Below, piece by piece: positions 32,445 to 42,367 of a DNA stretch of 64,000 nucleotides. This DNA comes from Deltaproteobacteria bacterium (GTDB taxonomy: Bacteria > Myxococcota_A > Bradymonadia > REDH01): assembly GCA_007693585.1 (NCBI GenBank), contig REDH01000031.1, forward strand, positions 2,711-66,710, written 5' to 3'. Below the pieces are notes generated by a model. That model was given only the letters and a program-made list of their open reading frames with translations. It ran no database searches and was not told where the DNA came from. Both the position numbers and the translations under genes were made by a program. How positions within the stretch are numbered: position 1 is the first letter of the stretch; each line of letters opens with the position of its first letter.

Positions 32445-34217
32445 ATGCGCCATCGCCCGCACGAGACCTGTCTGACCGCACTGTTTTTCCTCGTCCTGTT
32501 TTGTGCTGCGAGTTGTGATGACCCGGGCGCGCCACCGACGCTGGTGCCCCTTGAAGCACCACTCCAGCACGGCCATGCAGGCGACGAGGACGTGCTGCAT
32601 GCCTCGCTCGCGGACGTCGGTCTTCAACCGGTGGAGCTGCTGCCGGACATGCCGTTCCAGCGCGTGTCCATGATTCTCCATGCCGAGACTCCTCCGGGAA
32701 CAACGGCCCTCGTGAATTTTGCCGACGGCACCTCGTCCGTGCAGACCGTCGAGGTCACGTGGAGTTCGGCGACGACCCACGTCGCGCGACTGCTCCTCGA
32801 CCGCCCCGCCCTGTCGTTGACCCTCCACCCGGATGTTCCGCTCGACGAGCTGTTCCTGGAACTCGGGCCGGAGTTCCGTGGCGACCCACTTCGCACCGTC
32901 CGCCGGCTCCGAGCCATCGAGGCCGCCCCGGTCGACTGGAAAGGAGGAGTGGTGGCCCCTCCCGACTTCGTCGTCCCACGGCGCGAGTGGGGCGCGGTCG
33001 ACCCGGATCGGTCGTGTGGCACACCGCATGCCCCGGACCGCCTCACGGTTCACCACACCGCCGGAGCCAACAATGACCGCATCAGCTCCGCGGAGACGGT
33101 TCAGTCCATTCAGGCCTTTCACATCGACGGCCGTGGCTGGTGCGACGTCGGCTACCACTTTCTCGTGGGTCGAGACGGCCGGGTCTATCAGGGGCGCCGC
33201 TGGTCGGACCGGACGGGTGCGCACGTCGGTGGCCAGAACGAGGACAATGTGGGTGTCGGGTTCCTCGGGAACTTCGTGGAGTACGTACCGCCGCAGAACA
33301 TGCTCGATGCAGGCGCACGGATCCTCGGATGGCTGGGGGACACGTACGGCATCTCACTCAACCGGGAGCTGGTTCGAGGCCACGGAGAGCGCGCGGCGAC
33401 ACTCTGCCCGGGCGCCCAGCTCCTCTCGCGACTCGAGGGGGTGCTTGCCGCTGCAGGCGGTGGTGGGGCGATCGATCCCCCAACGACGGCTCGCCTCGTA
33501 GGATTCGTCCGGGAGGGCAGCATCGACAACAGTGACGGCGGAGTGGACCGCGCACGCGTGCGCATCGAGGGTGGACGTGAGGTTCTCACCGGAGCGAACG
33601 GCTACTACGTCTTCGATTCCCTGCCCCTCGGCGAGGTCACGGTACACTTCGAGCGGAGCTGCTACCGGCCCGAGTCCGGCAACCGAACGCTGGATACCGC
33701 CGGTGAGACGTTCTGGTTCTCGATGCCCCTTCAACGCATGGACGATGGCGATGAGGGGCCCGTCGATTGCGCGGACCCCGCGTGCGCGCACCTCACGCAG
33801 TGCGAGGACGCGGAGCCTTCCGATCCGCACGGCCGGGACACGGACGTTCCGGAGGAACCTGCCCCTTCCCAGGAGGAGTCCGAGGGGACGAATGGGACAG
33901 CGGCCGAGCCATCGCAGCCTGGTGAAGTCACCGGCCCTGCGGCTTCGACCCCAACCGAGCGCCCGTTCGCTCCTCGTGAGCCAGCGGGCGGTGGGGATGT
34001 TCCATTCGAGGCGACGTCAACCGCCGGCTGCAGCGCGAGTTCCGGGGCGGTGCCTGCCCATCCCTCCATTCCGATGCTCGCCCTCGTCCTCGGACTGGCC
34101 TTGGCACGGCGCACACGTTCGCAGCACGCGACGGGCTTCGGTCAATCCCCTGCGCACTGTTCCGGTCCACCCCACCGGGAGAGACCCGCGCGCAGCGACC
34201 CCAGCGTTCGCTCATGA
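32445..34217 (+). CDS. N-acetylmuramoyl-L-alanine amidase (amidase_2/PGRP domain) lipoprotein with MYXO-CTERM-like sorting tail
   Basis: Lipobox LFCAASC. PGRP motifs (VVPRREWGA, HHTAG, GWCDVGYHFLV, HVGGQNEDNVGVGFLGNF). C-terminal GCSASSGAVP + hydrophobic stretch + RRTRS. Confidence 0.7.
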   Translation: MRHRPHETCLTALFFLVLFCAASCDDPGAPPTLVPLEAPLQHGHAGDEDVLHASLADVGLQPVELLPDMPFQRVSMILHAETPPGTTALVNFADGTSSVQTVEVTWSSATTHVARLLLDRPALSLTLHPDVPLDELFLELGPEFRGDPLRTVRRLRAIEAAPVDWKGGVVAPPDFVVPRREWGAVDPDRSCGTPHAPDRLTVHHTAGANNDRISSAETVQSIQAFHIDGRGWCDVGYHFLVGRDGRVYQGRRWSDRTGAHVGGQNEDNVGVGFLGNFVEYVPPQNMLDAGARILGWLGDTYGISLNRELVRGHGERAATLCPGAQLLSRLEGVLAAAGGGGAIDPPTTARLVGFVREGSIDNSDGGVDRARVRIEGGREVLTGANGYYVFDSLPLGEVTVHFERSCYRPESGNRTLDTAGETFWFSMPLQRMDDGDEGPVDCADPACAHLTQCEDAEPSDPHGRDTDVPEEPAPSQEESEGTNGTAAEPSQPGEVTGPAASTPTERPFAPREPAGGGDVPFEATSTAGCSASSGAVPAHPSIPMLALVLGLALARRTRSQHATGFGQSPAHCSGPPHRERPARSDPSVRS

Positions 34218-34495
34218 TCCTCCGGGGTCAGCGCAGCGCAGATGCGCTGACCGGTGTCGATCACGATGCAGCGTGACTTGAACGGTCTCGCCACATCGAG
34301 TGGAAACCACCAGGGGCGCAGGTCCATCCCCCAGATGCGGTACTGTCCTCTGAACACGCCCAGGGGCTCGTCCCGGATGGCCACAATGTCGCGCCACTGC
34401 ACTCGGCGAGCGAGACCGAGCGGGAAGTAGTACCGCCTGATCAGCACACCATTGTGGTCGACCCGCAGTCCCGGGTCCTCATAGAGGAGGGTCAT
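34142..34495 (-). CDS. Small PH-domain-like hypothetical protein
   Basis: 117 aa. It overlaps the 3' end of the convergent amidase gene by about 75 nt, so the start/stop are uncertain. Confidence 0.35.
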   Translation of the reverse strand: MTLLYEDPGLRVDHNGVLIRRYYFPLGLARRVQWRDIVAIRDEPLGVFRGQYRIWGMDLRPWWFPLDVARPFKSRCIVIDTGQRICAALTPEDHERTLGSLRAGLSRWGGPEQCAGD

Positions 34496-35655
34496 CGCGA
34501 AGCTCCCCGCAGGTCCAGTTCCCGCGCAATGATCTCCTTCATGATCTCCTCGGTCCCCCCGCCGATGGGCAGGAGCCTGGCGTCCCTCGACAGCCGCTCC
34601 ACGAGCGTCTCGCGCATGTAGCCGAGTCCACCGAAGAGTTGCACGGCCTCGTGCGTCACCTCGACCGCAGCTCGCGCGGCGATGTTCTTGGCCATCGACA
34701 CCTCCCTGACGCGGTACTCGCCGCGGTCCAGGGCGGCGGCCACGGTGAGCGTGAAGACCCGCGCGCTCTCCACGGTCGTCGCCATGTCCGCGATGCGGTG
34801 TCTCGTGACCTGGAAGCCGGTCAACGGCCGCCCGAACGCCCGGCGCTCCCGGGACCAGCGCATGGCCTCTTCCAGGGCGATCGCCGCCGTGGCGACACCG
34901 TAGGCCGCGAGCGAGATCCGCTCCATCTGGAAGTTCCGCATGAGGGCGAGGAACGCAGCGCCCTCGGGCCCGATCCGCCGCTCGACCGGTACCCGTACCT
35001 GGTCAAACCTGATCTCGGCAGTATCGCTGGCCCACCAGCCGGTCTTGCGCAACGGCGCAGAGACCTGCACGCCTTCGGAGGCCCTCGGGATCAGCAGAAA
35101 GGTGAGTCCTCCGTGTGGGTCATCACCCGTTCGAACGAGGGTCATGAGTTCATCCGCCCGGGTCCCTCCGGAGATATAGAGCTTCTCGCCCTCGACCACG
35201 TAGTGGTCGCCATCCCTGCGGGCACGGGTGCGTGTTCCGGCCACATCGCTCCCGGCACCGGGTTCGGTCACGGCCAGCGCCGCGAGCTTCTCGCCCCGGA
35301 GCACGGCGGGAATGAACCGTTGTTGCTGTTCGCGGCTTCCGATGTGAAGGAGGGGCGGCAGGGCGATCTGGTGGGTTCCCAGGCCGACGGTCACCCCGGT
35401 GGATCCGCCCCGCATGAGGCCCTCGACACACATCACGAGGTGGAGCGCACCACCTCCCGCTCCTCCAAGCTCCTCGGGAAAGCCCACGCCGAGCAGCCCG
35501 GTATCGGCAGCGATGCGATGCAACTCCCGAGGGTAGCTTCCCGCTTCCTCCCACTGCATGGCATTCGGCTTGATTTCGGTCTCCGCGAACCGCCGAGCGG
35601 TTTCACGAATCATCACATGCTCCTCGTCGAGGAGGTGTTCCCCCAGCAGCTTCAT
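34492..35655 (-). CDS. Acyl-CoA dehydrogenase
   Basis: ACAD N, middle and C domains. Catalytic Glu context (LGGLGYMRE). Confidence 0.85.
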   Translation of the reverse strand: MKLLGEHLLDEEHVMIRETARRFAETEIKPNAMQWEEAGSYPRELHRIAADTGLLGVGFPEELGGAGGGALHLVMCVEGLMRGGSTGVTVGLGTHQIALPPLLHIGSREQQQRFIPAVLRGEKLAALAVTEPGAGSDVAGTRTRARRDGDHYVVEGEKLYISGGTRADELMTLVRTGDDPHGGLTFLLIPRASEGVQVSAPLRKTGWWASDTAEIRFDQVRVPVERRIGPEGAAFLALMRNFQMERISLAAYGVATAAIALEEAMRWSRERRAFGRPLTGFQVTRHRIADMATTVESARVFTLTVAAALDRGEYRVREVSMAKNIAARAAVEVTHEAVQLFGGLGYMRETLVERLSRDARLLPIGGGTEEIMKEIIARELDLRGASR

Positions 35656-35689
35656 GGCGTCCCCGGTGCGTCGATGGTCGTCGAGTCCC

Positions 35690-36172
35690 TCACGGCGCGA
35701 AGGATGCGGCAAGGTTCCCGATGAGATACAGGAGCCAGGTCGTGACGACTCCGCAGGTCGCGAGGCCGCCCACGGCTCCTTCGCGCAGATTCCCAATCCC
35801 GACGACCAGACGGTCGACCGGCGTCCCGTCGATCCACACCATCGCATCCAGCGTACGAACGGACGCGCCGCGCGTTCGCATCCGTACACTGATCACGTGA
35901 GGCTCCCGGTCGACCCCGTGGAACGCGCCGTGGGCCCATTCCTCCATGGCGAAACCGCCGGACCAGGCGATTCGCTTCCCATTGACGAGGACATGCGTCT
36001 CCGTGGCCAGGTAGAGAAACCTGGGTGCGAGGTCCGTGACCAGTTCGATGTGATTGCCCTGCCACCAGACATCCTGCCGCGCGTCACAGGTACGGAGTGC
36101 TGTGCACTCCGCTCGCGACCCGCCTGCATCATGTCGCGGGGCCCACGGGTCTGGCATGTGGTGGTTGTTCAT
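35690..36172 (-). CDS. Hypothetical protein with C-terminal TM helix
   Basis: ORF with GC3 bias. No motifs recognised. Confidence 0.3.
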   Translation of the reverse strand: MNNHHMPDPWAPRHDAGGSRAECTALRTCDARQDVWWQGNHIELVTDLAPRFLYLATETHVLVNGKRIAWSGGFAMEEWAHGAFHGVDREPHVISVRMRTRGASVRTLDAMVWIDGTPVDRLVVGIGNLREGAVGGLATCGVVTTWLLYLIGNLAASFAP

Positions 36173-36429
36173 GGGACGTTCCGGTGTAGCCCTCGTCGCG
36201 CCTGCCCACTGGCGGGAGTGGTAGTGAGCGGGCCATCCATTCGCAATCGCCGGTCAGGCCACCGTTGTCGCCGCAGTTGCTCGGTGCGCTGGCGTTCGCG
36301 GTGAGCTGCAGCGTTGCGCATCCCGACGGCCTCGGCTAATCCGTACCGAAGTAGAGGTGCAACGCAGCCGAGGTTGTTCGCCAGGTTGCCCTGCCCTGCT
36401 CTGGCCCGATACCCGACGATGTCGCGTCC

Positions 36430-37833
36430 ATGCTCGACGAGCCCCAACTCACAGGTGCGAACCCGGTAGGTCCCGGAGACCTGGTGGCCGACCGCTATGA
36501 GCTCGAGAGCGAGCTGGGTCGCGGGGGCTACGCGATCGTGTATCGCGCACTGGACCGGGAGACGGGTGAGCGTGTTGCGGTCAAGACGATTCGTCCGGTC
36601 GCGCCGCGTCCGCAGGAAGTGGTCGCAAGGTTTCGGCAGGAAGCCCAGCTCGTGAGCCGTCTCACACACCCGAACACGGTCCGGGTGTTCGACTTCGGGT
36701 TTCATCCGGAGCTCTATCTGGCGATGGAGCTTCTCCAGGGCTGTGCGCTGTCCGACATCCTCGATGGCGTGAACGGGCTAGAACCCCATCGCGCGGTGGC
36801 CATCGCACGAGGTGTCCTCGAGAGCCTGAGCGAAGCCCACGAACAGGGCATCGTTCACCGGGATCTCAAGCCGGAGAATGTCTTTCTGGTTCAGCACGAG
36901 GACGGCACCGAGACCGTGAAGGTGCTCGACTTCGGGATAGCCAAGGTTCTGGGGTTCAGTGAGGAGGAGATGAATCAGCCCTCCCTGACCCTGCAGGGTC
37001 GTGCCATGGGTACCCCAACGTACATGAGCCCGGAACAGGCGCGGGGCGCCGCGCTGACCACGCGATCGGACATATACGCCGTCGCCGTCCTCCTGTACGA
37101 GATGCTCTGTGGCGTTCCGCCGTTTCAGGGCAAGGGGCCGATGGATGTGATGCTGCAGCACGTCAATGCAGATGTACCGGCGCTCACCGTCCCCGCCCTG
37201 CGCGGAACACTCATCGACCGCGCCGTGCAGAAGGCGCTCGCGAAGAAGCCGGAAGATCGCTTCGCAAACGCGTGGGAGTTTCTGGCGGCCCTTGGCGGCA
37301 TCGCCCTCCGTGCTCCGGGGATCGCCCCTGTTGCTCAGCCCCTGCCCCCGCAAGCTGCCCAGGATCCCGGGCCGAGTCGACGCGTAGCGGGAGCGCGCTC
37401 CTCCGGTCGGCCGGCGGCAGTCTCCCCAACGCACAGCAGAGCTTCCTCCCGCAGCGCACCCGAGAACGATGACAGCCCGACTGCGGAGCCCTGTTCGGAT
37501 CCAGAGGAAGCAACCGAGTCCATCCGGGTCGCCCGCGTCGATCGGGCCCCCGGAGAACCAGAGGCCGAATCCCCCGGCAGCGATGGTGCCCTTCCCGAAG
37601 CCGCGATCGATCCCGCACCCAACACGCCAACCACGCCCGCGACATCCGAAACCGACCCAACACCAGCACCGATCAAGGAGACCGGTCCGATCGCCGCCAA
37701 GCCCGCCCCGCACACGGCGCACTTCGAACCCGCCGCGGAAAGCTCCTCCGGGATCCGAAGCCTCCTGTTCGTCCTCATCGCCCTCGCAGGCGCCACCCTC
37801 ATCTCGGTTCTCTGGTTTGCGACGCGCTCCTGA
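36430..37833 (+). CDS. Ser/Thr protein kinase with Pro-rich linker and C-terminal TM anchor
   Basis: GRGGYAIVY, VAVK, HRDLKPEN, DFG, SPE motifs. C-terminal LLFVLIALAGATLISVLWF. Confidence 0.85.
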   Translation: MLDEPQLTGANPVGPGDLVADRYELESELGRGGYAIVYRALDRETGERVAVKTIRPVAPRPQEVVARFRQEAQLVSRLTHPNTVRVFDFGFHPELYLAMELLQGCALSDILDGVNGLEPHRAVAIARGVLESLSEAHEQGIVHRDLKPENVFLVQHEDGTETVKVLDFGIAKVLGFSEEEMNQPSLTLQGRAMGTPTYMSPEQARGAALTTRSDIYAVAVLLYEMLCGVPPFQGKGPMDVMLQHVNADVPALTVPALRGTLIDRAVQKALAKKPEDRFANAWEFLAALGGIALRAPGIAPVAQPLPPQAAQDPGPSRRVAGARSSGRPAAVSPTHSRASSRSAPENDDSPTAEPCSDPEEATESIRVARVDRAPGEPEAESPGSDGALPEAAIDPAPNTPTTPATSETDPTPAPIKETGPIAAKPAPHTAHFEPAAESSSGIRSLLFVLIALAGATLISVLWFATRS

Positions 37834-38005
37834 GCGAAACAGGCAAGCCGGCGCCCTTCCCGCCAAGGGCGTGAATTGCCGGCAACGCCCCACGATGCTT
37901 GCCGTCCACTGGAACCAGGCGACAACGCGAGGCCCCTGCCGGCCGCCCACCTTCCGTACTCCTCACGACCTCCGGGGAAGCTGAACACCCCGCAACGGTG
38001 AATCC

Positions 38006-40762
38006 ATGGCACTCGACTGGAGCAAGGAACTGATCGTCGTTGCAGACGAAGCCCGAGATGTCGCCGAGCGTCTTGGTCAGCCGCTGTCCACGGCCCACCT
38101 GCTCCTGTGCCTCTTCACCCTGAAGAACCGGGCATCCGCCTTCCTGCGCGACCACCGCATCACGGCGGACCTTCTCCTCCAGGCGCTGGACGGACAGGTC
38201 GAGGAACGTGAGGGCATCTGGACGCGCGTTCTGCATCGCGCCGAGGATGTCGCCCACTCGTCGCACGCCGGTCAGGTCAACAGCCTTCATGTGCTCGTGG
38301 CGCTGTGCAGCTTCGTGGATTGCGCGGCCTATCGGCTGATGGCCCGCCTCGAACTGGACATGGGCACCATACGAAGCACCGCCCTGTCCTACCTCATGAG
38401 CAACGCCGAGCACATCGAGAGCGTGACAGGTCTGCTGGAGGTCGCCGCGCGCTCTACGCCCGCGGCGGTATCCGCTCAATCCAGCACGAAGGACCCGAAG
38501 GCTGGTCCGGCCAACCCGCCTGCTCAGGACACGGATCCCTCCACCGAGCCGTCCGCCGCCCGTGGCCTGCGCGAACCCAGGGATGTTCGCCGAAGGCGCA
38601 AGCAGCCCGGCGGCACCAGCCCCACGACGCCCGGAGGGAAGGATGCGCGAGGCAGCCGCAACGGCAGTCTGGCCAAGCGCGTGCATGGTGAGCGGAAGCA
38701 CAGCCCCATCGTTCCACGGTCAGACGTTCCCCTGCCACCCACCGTGGCCCGCACGCGTCGCCCGGGCCCGTCCAGGAATTCGGCAGAAGCCCCGAAATCA
38801 AGTGTGCCCTCACCCTCTCCGCGCCCCGCCGGCCCGACCGAGCGCGAGCGTCTGCCACGCTCCCGGTTCGTCCTTCGCGAGAAGGAGTTCCCGCTGCTGG
38901 CGAAACTCGGTCGAAACCTCAGCCTCGCCGCGTGGGACGGCGCGCTCGACCACGTCTTCGGGCGCGATGCCGAACTGCACCAGCTCACGGACATCCTCGG
39001 CAAGCGGCGAGCGAACAACCCCGTGCTCGTGGGTGACCCCGGCGTGGGCAAGACCGCCATCGTGGAGGGGCTCGCCAACTGGATCGCCGGACCAGGGATG
39101 ACCGTCGACCTTCCTGCGGCTCTCGAAGGAAGAATCGTCGTTGAACTCGAAGCATCGCGAATGCTGGGCGGGACGGGGGTACGCGGAGCATTCGCCGAAC
39201 GCCTCCAGCGCCTGAAGCAGGAGGTCGCAGCCGCCGAAGGCCGAGTCATCGTCTTCCTGGACGAACTCCACCACTGGATCGGAATGGGTGCTGGGGGAGA
39301 TGGCGCCTCGGACGGCGCCGGGGAACTCAAGACCGCACTGGCGCGAGGGAGCTTCCCCTGCATTGGTGCAACCACGTTCGAAGAATACAGACGCTTCATC
39401 GAGACCGATCCGGCGTTCGAGCGCCGCTTCCAGCAGGTCCGGGTCGATGAACCCTCCCCCGAGAGCGCCGTCACCATCCTCGAACGCATCAGCCCTCGAT
39501 ATGAGGAGCATCACCAGATTCGGTTCGAGCCGGACGCGCTCCATGCGGCCGCGCACCTTTCGTTTCGCTACATCCAGGACAGAAGACTGCCCGACAAGGC
39601 CATCAGCGTGCTCGATCTCGCAGGCAGCCGTGCCCGGCGCATCGGCGCACGAAGCGTCGGGCGCCCTCTGGTCGCAACCGTGATCGCCGAGCAGGCCGGG
39701 CTGTCGCCGGAGAAGCTGTTGATGGCGGACAGGGAACGCTTCCTCAACATGGAGGAGCGCCTGATGCAGCGCGTCGTCGGCCACCAGCATGTGATCGAAC
39801 GCGTATCCCATGTGCTGCGGCGCAACTACGCCGGATTCGTGTCGGGACGGCCCATTGGCTCCTTCCTCTTCCTCGGGCCAACCGGGGTGGGAAAGACCGA
39901 GTTCGCCCGGGCCATCGCCTCCATCCTGTTCGAGAGCGAGAATTCCGTCGTTCGCATCGACATGTCCGAATACATGGAAGCGCACGCCGTGAGCCGCCTG
40001 ATCGGCTCGCCTCCCGGATACGTGGGCCATGATGCCGGAGGGCTTCTCACCGAGGCCGTTCGCCGACAGCCTTACCAGCTCGTCCTGCTCGATGAAGTCG
40101 AGAAAGCGCACCCCGACGTGCTCAACCTGCTGCTTCAGGTACTGGACGACGGTCGCCTGACCGACGCTCGAGGGCGGACAGTGGATTTCTCCAATACCAT
40201 CATCGTACTCACATCCAACCTCGGGGCAGAGGTCGCCTTCGAGGAACAGCCGCGTCGCCCGGTCGGCTTCGTGCGCTCGGACGAAGGTGAGTCCGGAATG
40301 GCGACCACCACTGTGACGGAGGCCGTCCTGGCAGCCGCGCGCAGACACTTTCGCCCCGAGCTGTGGAACCGCATTGACGAGCCCCTCGTCTTTCGTGCGC
40401 TGCAACGCGACGAGGTCGCCCGAATCGCTCGTCTCCAGCTCACCCGATCCAGCGAGCGGCTCTACCGGGAGCGTCAGGTGGCCTTCACCTTTGCCCCCGA
40501 AGTCATCGACTTCCTCCTCGACCACGGCGGCTACGATGCGGTGTACGGAGCGCGGCCCATGCGACGCACCATCGAGCGTCACGTGGAGAGTCGCGTGGCC
40601 GAACTACTGCTGACCGGCACCCTGACCGCTCCCGCGCAGCTCGAGGTGGTCGTCCAGGACGGCGCGATCCGAGTGGAACACCTCGATACCGCGCGAAGCG
40701 AACGGGATGGTGCCAGCCCCAGCATCCACGACGCCCCGGAACCGGAAGGCGGCGAGTCGTAA
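38006..40762 (+). CDS. Clp-family double-AAA+ ATPase chaperone (ClpA/ClpC/ClpB-like) with long low-complexity insert
   Basis: Clp_N-like start. Walker A motifs GDPGVGKT and GPTGVGKT. Sensor-2 GARPMRR. No long coiled-coil M-domain. A ~250-aa K/R/P/S-rich insert follows the N-domain. Confidence 0.85.
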   Translation: MALDWSKELIVVADEARDVAERLGQPLSTAHLLLCLFTLKNRASAFLRDHRITADLLLQALDGQVEEREGIWTRVLHRAEDVAHSSHAGQVNSLHVLVALCSFVDCAAYRLMARLELDMGTIRSTALSYLMSNAEHIESVTGLLEVAARSTPAAVSAQSSTKDPKAGPANPPAQDTDPSTEPSAARGLREPRDVRRRRKQPGGTSPTTPGGKDARGSRNGSLAKRVHGERKHSPIVPRSDVPLPPTVARTRRPGPSRNSAEAPKSSVPSPSPRPAGPTERERLPRSRFVLREKEFPLLAKLGRNLSLAAWDGALDHVFGRDAELHQLTDILGKRRANNPVLVGDPGVGKTAIVEGLANWIAGPGMTVDLPAALEGRIVVELEASRMLGGTGVRGAFAERLQRLKQEVAAAEGRVIVFLDELHHWIGMGAGGDGASDGAGELKTALARGSFPCIGATTFEEYRRFIETDPAFERRFQQVRVDEPSPESAVTILERISPRYEEHHQIRFEPDALHAAAHLSFRYIQDRRLPDKAISVLDLAGSRARRIGARSVGRPLVATVIAEQAGLSPEKLLMADRERFLNMEERLMQRVVGHQHVIERVSHVLRRNYAGFVSGRPIGSFLFLGPTGVGKTEFARAIASILFESENSVVRIDMSEYMEAHAVSRLIGSPPGYVGHDAGGLLTEAVRRQPYQLVLLDEVEKAHPDVLNLLLQVLDDGRLTDARGRTVDFSNTIIVLTSNLGAEVAFEEQPRRPVGFVRSDEGESGMATTTVTEAVLAAARRHFRPELWNRIDEPLVFRALQRDEVARIARLQLTRSSERLYRERQVAFTFAPEVIDFLLDHGGYDAVYGARPMRRTIERHVESRVAELLLTGTLTAPAQLEVVVQDGAIRVEHLDTARSERDGASPSIHDAPEPEGGES

Positions 40763-40850
40763 TGGTGGAGGCGAAACGCCCTGTCGGGCCCAATCTCGTC
40801 TCACAGGCTCGAGCGGTTGCGGTTTGACCCCGAAACCCGTTCACCTGGTT

Positions 40851-41765
40851 CTACCCGTCGCCGTCCAGCAGCGTGCGCAGGGTAGCGAGCAGCACCGGCC
40901 GTATCCCCCGACGTTCCGCGATGCCGACCAGCGGGCGCGCCAGTTCCCGGTACAGTGGAAGTAGCTCCGCGCGGTGCTCCGACATCCACGCGAGATGCCT
41001 GCGCACGGTCCCGATGTCACCTCGAACAATCGGACCGGTGGCTGCGCCATCGACCCCCCTCTCGCGTGCACCGGCCGCGCTGCCGAACGCGAGTGAGGCC
41101 AGCCCTTCCCCAAGCGAATCGTGCTCGATTCCTGCATGTTGCACGATGTGGTTGGCCGCGGCGAGCAGCGCATAGACCCCGTTGCTCGCGAGCACGGCGG
41201 CGAGGTGATAGGCGACCCGCTGGGCGCTGCCGGACACCATCCCCGGGTGTGCACCGCAGGCGCGCGCGAGCCAGAGCGCGGCGTCTCGAGCATCCCCATC
41301 CCCGTCGATCGCCATGAAGCACCCGGACAGACGCTCGACATCCTCCGGCGTTCCCTGGAACGACATGAGCGGGTGCACTGCACCTGTGGAACCGCAGACC
41401 CCTTTCCCACGCCAGCGCTCGGCGCCGCTTGCTCCCGACACATGCAGCCAGACGCGTCCGGGATCGTCGCGGCTTTCGGCCGGCAGAGCGGCGATCGTCG
41501 CCCCGAACGCTTCATCCGGAACCGCCACCAGAACCACCGAAGCATGCGCCGCCACGTTCGGTGGTCCGTGCAGACGGTCCACGTCCTGCGAATCGAGATT
41601 CACGACCGCCACGCTGCTCGCCTCTCGAGACCACACCGAAGCGAGAACGTGGTGCCGGTCCAGCAGTCCTGCGAGCGTACGACCCACTCTGCCCGCGCCG
41701 AGCACGGCCCACGACCTTGCCGCGAGCGACCGGCTCGCGCCCTCATCAGGAGCGGCGTGCCTCAC
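40851..41765 (-). CDS. Rossmann-like / DUF2520-domain protein
   Basis: N-terminal GxGxxG (AVLGAGRVGRTLAG). The DUF2520 family is commonly found next to nadD. Confidence 0.55.
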   Translation of the reverse strand: MRHAAPDEGASRSLAARSWAVLGAGRVGRTLAGLLDRHHVLASVWSREASSVAVVNLDSQDVDRLHGPPNVAAHASVVLVAVPDEAFGATIAALPAESRDDPGRVWLHVSGASGAERWRGKGVCGSTGAVHPLMSFQGTPEDVERLSGCFMAIDGDGDARDAALWLARACGAHPGMVSGSAQRVAYHLAAVLASNGVYALLAAANHIVQHAGIEHDSLGEGLASLAFGSAAGARERGVDGAATGPIVRGDIGTVRRHLAWMSEHRAELLPLYRELARPLVGIAERRGIRPVLLATLRTLLDGDG

Positions 41766-42367
41766 GTCTCCCCGTTCGAAGCGGTCAACCCCGTGCAGCC
41801 ATACCAGCCGTTGCGCACGATGAGATCCAGCACCTCCCGCGGCAGCCTTGCTGCTGCGTAGGCGAGATTGCCCTGTGCGAGAGCGTTACGCAACGCGGTG
41901 CTGGACACGTCGGGAAGAATGATCGCGAATTCCGGTTCTCCATCGAGGGGGTGGGTTCCCCGTCCGATGACGTGGATCTCCGTGAGCTGCTGAAGGCGAT
42001 CCCAGCCCTCCCACCGGTGCGTCTGGGACATGATGTCCGCACCGAACAGGAGTGAAATCCGCGATTGACCGTCCTGCTCCAGCAGCGTCTCGACCGTGCG
42101 CAAGGTGCGGCTCTCTCCACCGATGGACCGTTCCACGTCACTGACGCGAACGCGGTCATCGAAGCAGCTGACCGCGGCTGCGCACATCGCCATTCGGTCA
42201 TCGAACGGCCGAAGGGACTTGCCGAAGGCGTGCGAGTAGGTCGGGACCCACCAGAGCTCATCGAGAGGCAACGTGCTCAGGGCCCAGGCCGTCGAGAGCA
42301 CGTGGCACACATGAGGAGGGTCGAACGAACCACCGAACAGACAGACGCGCCGGCCGACCTCGCTCAC
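41762..42367 (-). CDS. nadD: Nicotinate-nucleotide adenylyltransferase
   Basis: GGSFDPPHVCH (HxGH-type) motif. The start-codon triplet 42367..42365 overlaps the upstream NamZ-like gene's stop by one base. Confidence 0.85.
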   Translation of the reverse strand: MSEVGRRVCLFGGSFDPPHVCHVLSTAWALSTLPLDELWWVPTYSHAFGKSLRPFDDRMAMCAAAVSCFDDRVRVSDVERSIGGESRTLRTVETLLEQDGQSRISLLFGADIMSQTHRWEGWDRLQQLTEIHVIGRGTHPLDGEPEFAIILPDVSSTALRNALAQGNLAYAAARLPREVLDLIVRNGWYGCTGLTASNGET

